Part shown: positions 28,656 through 35,345 of the stretch, piece by piece
Position numbering within the stretch: position 1 is the first letter of the stretch
How the letters are laid out: every line of letters begins with the position of its first letter
NCBI GenBank assembly: GCA_964535955.1
Contig: CAZHVK010000013.1
Location: forward strand, 1-35,345
Length of the DNA stretch: 35,345 nucleotides
Reading direction: 5' to 3'
Source: an uncultured Methanosarcinales archaeon
Lineage (GTDB): Archaea; Nanobdellota; Nanobdellia; Woesearchaeales; CAXGTL01
Position numbers and translations under genes: made by a program
Notes under the pieces: model-generated
Seen by the model: only the letters and a program-made list of their open reading frames with translations
What the model was told of the DNA's origin: nothing
Databases searched by the model: none

Positions 28656-29163
28656 AAGAACATTTCTTGCAAAGTCTATTCCAAAAGGATTAAAGAATTG
28701 TAAAAATAAAGAAATACTTGATATCTTTATACCAAAAACAGTTGTTCATCCAAGATTAAGAATTAGAAAGAATAATGATAAATATGAAATAACCAAAAAA
28801 GTAACAGTAACAAAAGATGATTTTTCTAAATATCATGAACACAATACTCCACTAACAAAAGAGGAGTTTGAAATTTTATCAGAAATAGATGGCAAAAGAT
28901 TACACAAAATCAGATATTTATTAGAGTACAAAGGATTAATAGCAGAGATAGATGTTTTTCTTGATGATTTAAAAGGATTAGTAGTTATTGAGTTTGAATT
29001 TGAATCAGAAGAACAAAAAGATAAATTTATAATGCCTGACTTTTGCTTAGTAGATGTCACACAAGAGGAATTCATAGCAGGCGGAATGTTAGCAGGTAAA
29101 AGTTATGATGATATCGAGGAACATTTAGATAAGTTTGGTTATAAAAAATTAGAGGTAGAATAA
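28642..29163 (+). CDS. CYTH domain protein
   Basis: ELERTFL (ExExK/R motif), LRIRK, KIRY, EIDVF, IEFEF; ATG 28642 after AGGTGA. Confidence 0.85.
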   Translation: MIELERTFLAKSIPKGLKNCKNKEILDIFIPKTVVHPRLRIRKNNDKYEITKKVTVTKDDFSKYHEHNTPLTKEEFEILSEIDGKRLHKIRYLLEYKGLIAEIDVFLDDLKGLVVIEFEFESEEQKDKFIMPDFCLVDVTQEEFIAGGMLAGKSYDDIEEHLDKFGYKKLEVE

Positions 29164-29567
29164 TGACAGACTGCATATTTTGCAAAATAATCAAAGGTGA
29201 AATGCCTTGTTATAAGATATATGAAGATGAAGACTTCTTAGTATTCTTAGATATTATGCCTGTTAACAAAGGACATACATTGGTTATATCAAAACAACAT
29301 TATGAAACAATCATAGACACACCTGATGAATTATTAGAAAAAATGATCAATATCATGAAAAAAGTGACAAAAGCATTAAAACAAGATTGTGATGGAGTAA
29401 ACATTGCCCAGAACAATTTCAAAGCATCAGGACAATTAGTTCCACATATACATTTTCATATAATTCCTAGGTTTGAAAGTGATGGATTAAAATCATGGCC
29501 TCAAGGAAAATATGATGAGAATGAGATAGAACAATACAGATTGAAAATAGAAAACCTTTTAAAATAA
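29163..29567 (+). CDS. HIT family hydrolase
   Basis: DCIFCKII, GHTLVI, GQLVPHIHFHIIPR. Confidence 0.95.
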   Translation: MTDCIFCKIIKGEMPCYKIYEDEDFLVFLDIMPVNKGHTLVISKQHYETIIDTPDELLEKMINIMKKVTKALKQDCDGVNIAQNNFKASGQLVPHIHFHIIPRFESDGLKSWPQGKYDENEIEQYRLKIENLLK

Positions 29568-29589
29568 CATCCTTTTTTGATGTTCACAT

Positions 29590-29765
29590 GGCGGTATAAC
29601 TCAGTCTGGTTAGAGTGCTACAACCAATTTGGTAGCAAGGCTCATATGTTTGAGCGATGATCCTTAGGGAGATGATTATCTCAAATTACCACTGAGTGAC
29701 GTAGAGCAATTAAAGAAATATCTTATTGCATGGAAATGTCCCGAGTTCAAATCTCGGTACCGCCA
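29590..29765 (+). tRNA. tRNA-Met(CAU), probably elongator, with three introns
   Basis: Acceptor GGCGGTA/TACCGCC; introns 29622-29639 (30/31), 29647-29698 (37/38), 29705-29735 (about 43/44); removal gives a 75-nt cloverleaf with anticodon arm CTACG-CTCATAA-CGTAG. Confidence 0.9.
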
Positions 29766-29820
29766 TTCTTTATTTTTTAATAATGAAATTCTAAGAAAAA
29801 TAATAAAAAAGAATACCTAA

Positions 29821-30027
29821 TTATATAGCTAAACTTATTCTAGTCAATAGATCTAAAACATCTAATCTGATATACAGATAAATCAGCCCTATAAAAAACA
29901 ACCCAAGCAAACCAATAAGAATTGCTATCAAATAATTCTTTTGCTTTAATATTTTATTCTGCTTTGCCTGCAGTTTTTGAGAATAAGAGATTTCGTACAC
30001 TTTTCCTTTTTCATCAACATACTTCAT
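29821..30027 (-). CDS. small membrane protein
   Basis: 68 aa with one TM segment; GGGTGG RBS. Confidence 0.65.
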   Translation of the reverse strand: MKYVDEKGKVYEISYSQKLQAKQNKILKQKNYLIAILIGLLGLFFIGLIYLYIRLDVLDLLTRISLAI

Positions 30028-30239
30028 TATACCACCCTTTTATTTTTTTAAAACAAATATTATATATAAGCAAATATTTTGCATATTTAAATATTGTGAT
30101 ATCTTAATACATATGTTAGACAATATAATGAATCTAGAAAATGCATCAAAAAGATATATACATACAAAAAAACACAAACAAACAATACACAGATTATAAA
30201 TAGCAAGATTTATATATAAATATACTATAAATTATAAAT

Positions 30240-30704
30240 ATGCGCAAGCTATTAAGAAATAAAAAAGGGGTATCGCCTTTAATAGCCACAATCTTTCTAA
30301 TGGCATTTGCAGTAGGTTTAGGTGCAGTTGTAATGCAGTTTTCAGAAGGTTTGATAGGTGGTGATGAAAAAACAGCATGTGGTGCTGATTTTGACATGGT
30401 TATCACAAAAATATGCATGAAATCTACAAAAGATCTTCAATTTACAGCAAAAAATAATGGTAACATTGAAATAAATGGTGTGCAAGTACGTATTACAGAC
30501 ATGAATGGTAAAGATGCTGTACAAGAATTTATGAAAGCCATAGCAACAAAATCAAAACTAAGTCAAAAAATAAGCCACCGTGGCAAGATTCAAGCTGTTC
30601 AGTTCATCCCTATGGTTAGACAAGGCATTGCAAAAGATGCAAAACCAAATGCATGCATATCTAAAGCAACATTGTTTACAAAAGATGACATTGATGCTTG
30701 TTAA
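30240..30704 (+). CDS. archaeal type IV pilin-like protein
   Basis: Class III signal peptide KKG/VSPLIATIFLMAFAVGLG. Confidence 0.88.
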   Translation: MRKLLRNKKGVSPLIATIFLMAFAVGLGAVVMQFSEGLIGGDEKTACGADFDMVITKICMKSTKDLQFTAKNNGNIEINGVQVRITDMNGKDAVQEFMKAIATKSKLSQKISHRGKIQAVQFIPMVRQGIAKDAKPNACISKATLFTKDDIDAC

Positions 30705-30710
30705 TCAAAA

Positions 30711-31484
30711 ATGAAAGTAAAAATCAATATTTCTAAAACAATAGAACAAAATGCAGCTTCTTATTATGAAAAAGTTAAAAAATTGAAAAGGAAACTAGAA
30801 GGAGCAACAAAAGCTTTGGGTAGAAGTAAGATTAAATTAGATAAGTTAAAGAAAAAAGAAATACAAATAAAAGGCAAAAGTAAAAAAGAAAAAAAGCTCA
30901 CCAAAATCTCAGTGGAACGAAAATGGTATGAAAAGTTTCATTGGTTTTATTCATCAAATGATTTCTTAGTGATTGGCGGCAAAGATGCTACTTCTAATGA
31001 AATAATTGTTAAAAAACATACTGATAAAGGAGATCTAGTTTGTCACACTGACATGTCTGGTTCACCATTTGTTGTTATAAAAGCAGATGGTAAGAAAATA
31101 GATGATAAAACAAAGAAACAAGCTGCTCAAGTATGTGCATCATATTCTCGTGCTTGGAAACTAGGTTTAGGTCAAACAGAAGTTTATATGATAAAACCAG
31201 ACCAAGTAAAGAAAGAATTTGGTCTGCCAAGAGGAAGTTTTATGGTACATGGCAAAAGAGAATATTTTAAACCTAAGTTAGAGATTGCTGTTGGAATTGA
31301 TAAAGATGGTAAAGTGATTGGTGGGCCTTTGTCTGCTATTAAGAAACATGCTGAGAAATTCATCATAGTTGTTCCTGGTAAACTGAAAAAGTCTGATACT
31401 GCTAAGAAGATCAAACAAAAGATTGGTGGAACTTTGGATGAAATAAGTAGGTTTTTGCCTAGTGGTGGTTGTGGGATAAAATAA
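30711..31484 (+). CDS. NFACT-R (DUF814) RNA-binding domain protein
   Basis: QNAASYYEKVKK, WYEKFHWF, IGGKDATSNE, HTDMSGSPF, GSFMVHGKR. Confidence 0.88.
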   Translation: MKVKINISKTIEQNAASYYEKVKKLKRKLEGATKALGRSKIKLDKLKKKEIQIKGKSKKEKKLTKISVERKWYEKFHWFYSSNDFLVIGGKDATSNEIIVKKHTDKGDLVCHTDMSGSPFVVIKADGKKIDDKTKKQAAQVCASYSRAWKLGLGQTEVYMIKPDQVKKEFGLPRGSFMVHGKREYFKPKLEIAVGIDKDGKVIGGPLSAIKKHAEKFIIVVPGKLKKSDTAKKIKQKIGGTLDEISRFLPSGGCGIK

Positions 31485-31487
31485 AAA

Positions 31488-31642
31488 TGAACCCGCCCGG
31501 ACTTTCTCACTAACGTTCGAAGCAGTAACGCTTCCAGCGTTAATATTCGAACCGGGGTCAATCGGTCCTTGGCCAAAAATATTGAAGCCGATCGCACTTT
31601 CTAGTGTTATTGACAAGCATATCCAGACTATGCTACGGGTCC
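31488..31642 (-). tRNA. tRNA-Arg(UCG) with three non-canonical introns
   Basis: Acceptor GGACCCG/CGGGTTC; introns 31599-31620 (D loop), 31569-31583 (35/36), 31502-31545 (about 59/60); removal gives a 74-nt cloverleaf with GGATA D loop (A20) and ATCGG-CTTCGGA-CCGAT. Confidence 0.87.
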
Positions 31643-31712
31643 TTGTAATTAATAATAACAGAAATATACTTCAAAGTATAAAAACCTTACCTAAAAAAAG
31701 AATAAATTAAAC

Positions 31713-31997
31713 TCACTTCTTCAATAAAACAATCTCAATTGTTGAAACTCTTACTTGTTTTCCTTCTTTGTTTTGAAATTCTTCTGAATCAATTTTTATA
31801 TCTTTTACTTCTGACTGACCTTCTAGGAAACGTTTTGTAGATACTTCTGCAATGTCTACTGCCCGAGAAATAAACTTACCACGAGCTTTTATAATCACTT
31901 CTGTAGCTCCTTTGGTTGTAAACTGCATTACTACACCAGTCACATAGTTCATAAAAGGTCTGCCGCCAACAAATATTGTGTTGTCTGTTCCTACCAT
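31713..31997 (-). CDS. albA: DNA/RNA-binding protein Alba
   Basis: [30 protein letters not shown]. Confidence 0.96.
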   Translation of the reverse strand: MVGTDNTIFVGGRPFMNYVTGVVMQFTTKGATEVIIKARGKFISRAVDIAEVSTKRFLEGQSEVKDIKIDSEEFQNKEGKQVRVSTIEIVLLKK

Positions 31998-32008
31998 TTA
32001 TATCCCTC

Positions 32009-32194
32009 CTATTCACTTTTCTTTAGTCTTGTTATATAGCCTGCAATGATATTCCTTAATTTTTTTGAAGGAATGTCTGCAAACTTCTCAACTAATTTCT
32101 TGTTCTCTTGAAAATCTTTTTTAAACTCTTTAGAGTGTTTACTAAATAACTCTTTTGTTACTCTCTTTATTAATTGTGTCTTTATTCTTCCCAT
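32009..32194 (-). CDS. rps17e: 30S ribosomal protein S17e (eS17)
   Basis: MGRIKT...FQENK...SKKLRNIIAGYITR; start reassigned to ATG 32194. Confidence 0.96.
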   Translation of the reverse strand: MGRIKTQLIKRVTKELFSKHSKEFKKDFQENKKLVEKFADIPSKKLRNIIAGYITRLKKSE

Positions 32195-32232
32195 GTAAAC
32201 AAACACCCTAATAAATATAAGGTAGTAATTTA

Positions 32233-32305
32233 TATTTATAAAAGTATCGCAAAACGATGCTTTTATGCTCACAAATGTGCTATCATTTTTGTTGTATAAA
32301 GTTAT
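32233..32305 (-). promoter_or_regulatory. conserved extended promoter module, copy 1 (rps17e-albA)
   Basis: Minus strand CTTTATACAACAAAAAT...AGCATAAAAGCATCGTTTTGCGATACTTTTATAAATA. Confidence 0.75.
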
Positions 32306-32509
32306 CTACTCTACAACCTTAATACAACCAGATTTAGATGTATGTGCTTCACAAGCTCTGCATCCAATACATGCATCAGGGTTTTTAACAACCACTTTAT
32401 TATCTTCTAAAGCAAAAACATCAACAGGACATATATCAATAGCACCTTTAAGCTCATCTTCCTGTTCTTTTGTCTTGATTTTGGAATAATCTATTATAGG
32501 TTTAGGCAT
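32306..32509 (-). CDS. ferredoxin (single [4Fe-4S] cluster)
   Basis: ICPVDVF and ACIGCRACE; the first CxxCxxC motif is absent. Confidence 0.85.
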   Translation of the reverse strand: MPKPIIDYSKIKTKEQEDELKGAIDICPVDVFALEDNKVVVKNPDACIGCRACEAHTSKSGCIKVVE

Positions 32510-33221
32510 TATTACCGCCTTCCTTTTTTGGTTCTTCAGATATTGCTGCTGGTTCTTCTAAAATGTGTCTTTTTTTCTTTACTTTTTCCAAACCTCTAAT
32601 CTCAGAGATTCTAACAGGAAATATTTTCATTAATTTTCTTTTTAATGATGATTGTAATTTAAAAGAAAAGATATCTTTCATAATATTTGCAAAAGTATTC
32701 TGGCTTAAGTATTCAATTAACACTCTTTCTCCTTTTTTAGCTAATGCTGTTTTAACAGACTTTTTACATTTAAAGATAGTAAGAATTATAGGTTTTATTT
32801 TTATATTGATATTATCTTTAGTTTTAGCAGTAAAAGACCAAACAACTTTATCCTGGTTCCTTCTAACCAATCTTTTAACAGCAGCAGGCATTAATTGATA
32901 CTTATCTATCATAGTCGTTGCTTTATTGTCCTTAATATTGATTATCCTAAAAGTAATAACAGAACTTTGTTTCTTCATATCTCCAGTTAATTGCATTAAA
33001 TTAGTATTAATAGTCCTTCCAATTAAAAGGTTAGGATCAGCAACTAGACTTTTTCCTATTACAGATTCATTAAAATCCCTTGGAGCAATTATAAAATACC
33101 AATGTTTCTTCTTAATTCTTGTAATAGTCTTAGTTTTTGCTTTTTTAAGCAATACTCTCTTAGCTGCTTGTTTCTTTTGCTTTTTTGCTTGTTTTTTAGC
33201 TTCTCTTTTAGCTTTTGACAT
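32502..33221 (-). CDS. rps3ae: 30S ribosomal protein S3Ae (eS1)
   Basis: KHWYFIIAPRDF, LIGRTI, KRLVRR, KIFPVRISEIR; start reassigned to ATG 33221. Confidence 0.88.
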   Translation of the reverse strand: MSKAKREAKKQAKKQKKQAAKRVLLKKAKTKTITRIKKKHWYFIIAPRDFNESVIGKSLVADPNLLIGRTINTNLMQLTGDMKKQSSVITFRIINIKDNKATTMIDKYQLMPAAVKRLVRRNQDKVVWSFTAKTKDNINIKIKPIILTIFKCKKSVKTALAKKGERVLIEYLSQNTFANIMKDIFSFKLQSSLKRKLMKIFPVRISEIRGLEKVKKKRHILEEPAAISEEPKKEGGNNA

Positions 33222-33244
33222 ATAGTATATTGAGTTTAAAGATG

Positions 33245-33316
33245 TATTTATAAAAGTATCGTAAAACAATGCTTTTATGCTTTAAAATCTACAAGATATT
33301 TATTGTAAAAAGTTAT
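33245..33316 (-). promoter_or_regulatory. conserved extended promoter module, copy 2 (rps3ae)
   Basis: Minus strand CTTTTTACAATAAATAT...AGCATAAAAGCATTGTTTTACGATACTTTTATAAATA. Confidence 0.75.
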
Positions 33317-33425
33317 TGGTTATATGTGTATGTACATGGTGCCTGCTATGAATTTAACATACAATTACATAGACATTCAAAAATATAGAAACGTTTATAT
33401 ATACTGTTTTACAAAATATTTAATT

Positions 33426-33932
33426 ATGGCAGATGTAGTTCCTGTTCCAAGACCAATACCCACAATAAGGTGTACTGGGATTATAGATTATGATGGTTTA
33501 TATAATCTTATTATCTCATGGTTTAAAGACAATTTATATGATTTTATTGAAGAAAAGCATGAACTTAAACCAACACAAGGTGGTAAAGAAATCAAATTAC
33601 AATGGGCAGCAGATAAAAAAGTTACTAGTTATCTTAAATATGTTATTAAGATTTACATGATTTTAATTGATGTTAACAAAGTAGAAATAGTAGAACAAGG
33701 AGTTAAGAAAAAGAGAGTTAAAGCAAGAGTAGAAATAAAGATAAAAGCACATGCAGAGCTAGATTACCAAGCAAGGTGGGAAAAGACCAAGTTTCAAAAA
33801 ATGTTAAGAGATTTATATCATAAATATGTAATTAAATACTATATAATGTTTGATGTTTGGCTCACACTCTACAACAAGATTGAAGGATTATCAACAAAGA
33901 TAAAGAAATTTTTAAATATGAGTAGTGTTTAA
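33426..33932 (+). CDS. hypothetical protein, paralog of the next gene
   Basis: Start likely ATG 33426 (TATA GTTTATATA upstream); shares its pattern with 33961-34461. Confidence 0.75.
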   Translation: MADVVPVPRPIPTIRCTGIIDYDGLYNLIISWFKDNLYDFIEEKHELKPTQGGKEIKLQWAADKKVTSYLKYVIKIYMILIDVNKVEIVEQGVKKKRVKARVEIKIKAHAELDYQARWEKTKFQKMLRDLYHKYVIKYYIMFDVWLTLYNKIEGLSTKIKKFLNMSSV

Positions 33933-33960
33933 ATATAGATTATAGGTAAAAATATACAAT

Positions 33961-34461
33961 ATGGCAGAAAAAAAATTTGTCTTAAAAGGACTATCAATAA
34001 GTTATGAAGGATTATTTGATATTAAAGCATTTTACAAATTCTTAGAAAAATTCATTAAAGATTATGGATATCAAAAAAATGAAGTAACAAATGAACAAAA
34101 AACACACAAAACAGGAAAAGATATTTATTTATTTTTAGAACCGTACAGAACTATATCATATTATGCAAAGAATTTTATCCAGGTCAAAATATCAATTAAA
34201 AATCTAAAAGATGTTGAAATTGTAAAAGATAATAAAAAAGTTAAGATGAATGACGCCAAAGTATCAATAGAGATTAATAGTTATCTTAAGACAGATACAG
34301 AAGGAAGATGGGAGCACAAACCTTTATTTGTTTTTTTCAGAGGAATAATGGAAAAATATGTTTATAAAATTTACATGAACAGTTTTGAAAAAAAACTAGA
34401 AAAAGACACAAGACAATTATATAATTCTATCAAGAGTTTCTTTAATTTATATAAGTATTGA
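33961..34461 (+). CDS. hypothetical protein, paralog of the previous gene
   Basis: YEGLFDIKAFY...GKDIYL...DVEIVKDNKK...AKVSIEI...DTEGRWE...EKYVYK...LYNSIKSFFNL aligns by eye with the upstream ORF. Confidence 0.75.
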   Translation: MAEKKFVLKGLSISYEGLFDIKAFYKFLEKFIKDYGYQKNEVTNEQKTHKTGKDIYLFLEPYRTISYYAKNFIQVKISIKNLKDVEIVKDNKKVKMNDAKVSIEINSYLKTDTEGRWEHKPLFVFFRGIMEKYVYKIYMNSFEKKLEKDTRQLYNSIKSFFNLYKY

Positions 34462-34465
34462 ACAA

Positions 34466-34537
34466 AACCTTTTTACAATAAAAATCATATTGATTTTTAA
34501 GCATAAAAGCATCTTCATACGATACTTTTATAAATAC
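34466..34537 (+). promoter_or_regulatory. conserved extended promoter module, copy 3 (tRNA-Leu/adk)
   Basis: CTTTTTACAATAAAAAT...AGCATAAAAGCATCTTCATACGATACTTTTATAAATA. Confidence 0.75.
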
Positions 34538-34560
34538 ACTCTTACCATTCCTATATAGAT

Positions 34561-34722
34561 GTGAGGGTAGCGAAGTCTGGAGATTACCAAATAATCGGAC
34601 AATCAAACGCGCAGGACTTAAGATCACATACGGACACTCATCTGTAAATGAGATATCCTGTCCCTTAGTGGGTCCGGGGGTTCGAAATGTAGTAATACAA
34701 TACGAAAGGCCCTCCCCTCACA
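34561..34722 (+). tRNA. tRNA-Leu(UAA) with three introns
   Basis: Acceptor GTGAGGG/CCCTCAC; introns 34581-34602 (19/20), 34623-34654 (37/38), 34687-34708 (59/60), each with a 4-bp BHB central helix; mature 86 nt with long variable arm. Confidence 0.9.
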
Positions 34723-34732
34723 TTTTTTTAAA

Positions 34733-35345
34733 ATGAACATACTATTCTTAGGAAAACCAGGATCAGGAAAAGGAGTACAATCTAATTTATTAGTTCTTAC
34801 AAAACAATTAATACATGTTTCAACTGGTGACATGCTAAGACAAGCATATGAAAAACAAACAGAATTAGGTTTAAAAGCACAAAAATTTTGGTTTGATGGT
34901 GGTTATGTACCAGACGATATTATGATTCCACTAATGCAAGAAGAAATTTCTCATTTTTTAGCAATTAACAAATATCTTGGTGATGGTTATCCAAGAACAA
35001 TTCCACAAGCAAAAGCATTTGATGAATCATTGAAAAAGTTAGGCACAAAACTTCATGCAGTAATATTATTAAGAGTATCAGATGAAGTCTGCAAACAAAG
35101 ATTAATACATAGAAGCTATTGCCCTGAATGTAAATTAAATTATAATATTACTCATAAAAGATTCAATGCATACAAAGGTAAGTGTAAGTATTGCTTAGGT
35201 TCATTAAAAAAAAGATCAGATGATACTCCATCCAGAGTTGATTACAGATTAGGTGATGTTTATGTAAATCTAGTTACACCTCTTTATGATTATTACAAAC
35301 AACAAGGAATTCTTCATGAAGTAGATGGTGAAAAAGACCCATTTG
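34733..35345 (+). CDS. adk: adenylate kinase (bacterial-type, zinc lid), truncated by the window end
   Basis: Translated by hand: MNILFLGKPGSGKG, HVSTGDMLR, GGYVPD, DGYPRT, CPEC...CKYC, RSDD; no stop before the window end. Confidence 0.92.
   Translation, partial: MNILFLGKPGSGKGVQSNLLVLTKQLIHVSTGDMLRQAYEKQTELGLKAQKFWFDGGYVPDDIMIPLMQEEISHFLAINKYLGDGYPRTIPQAKAFDESLKKLGTKLHAVILLRVSDEVCKQRLIHRSYCPECKLNYNITHKRFNAYKGKCKYCLGSLKKRSDDTPSRVDYRLGDVYVNLVTPLYDYYKQQGILHEVDGEKDPF

Noticed and set aside
31488..31642. Opal suppressor/selenocysteine tRNA(UCA) or SRP RNA
   Set aside because: A 37/38 intron gives no BHB central helix whereas 35/36 does, yielding Arg(UCG) with A20; TGA is used as an ordinary stop in this window; the whole segment is explained as a tRNA
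33245..34537. Transposon with ~70-bp terminal inverted repeats carrying two genes
   Set aside because: No transposase motifs or TSD; a third copy lies upstream of rps17e and each copy contains the TATA box of an outward-facing gene, so a promoter role is more parsimonious
34442..34833. Minus-strand ORFs 34442-34627 and 34624-34833
   Set aside because: Antisense to the promoter module, tRNA-Leu and adk

Overview
AT-rich archaeal chromosomal segment, most consistent with a DPANN (Woesearchaeota-like) genome. The lineage is an inference from AGGTGA ribosome-binding sites, TATA/BRE promoters, eL15/eL33/eS17/eS1 proteins, Alba, SepF-ZPR1, SRP54, Bud32, a bacterial-type ThrRS and an archaeal pilin. 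Housekeeping genes and a four-subunit 2-oxoacid:ferredoxin oxidoreductase operon are interspersed with hypothetical genes. The non-coding DNA is the most interesting part. (1) Three dispersed copies (1945-2059, 4607-4715, 23284-23395) of a ~110-nt multi-branched element show compensatory base changes and a near-invariant AGTGAGYA...TRCGAACGA core, all folding on the + strand. (2) Two copies of a hairpin/G-quadruplex-like element occur at 3931-3987 and 12071-12157. (3) Three copies of a ~70-bp palindrome-containing promoter module lie in front of rps17e, rps3ae and tRNA-Leu. (4) Three tRNA genes (Met-CAU, Arg-UCG, Leu-UAA) each carry three BHB-type introns, mostly at non-canonical positions. 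(5) A candidate eL15 mRNA leader is present. No CRISPR array, rRNA, transposase or integrase was recognised. All calls are by eye; no database searches were run.
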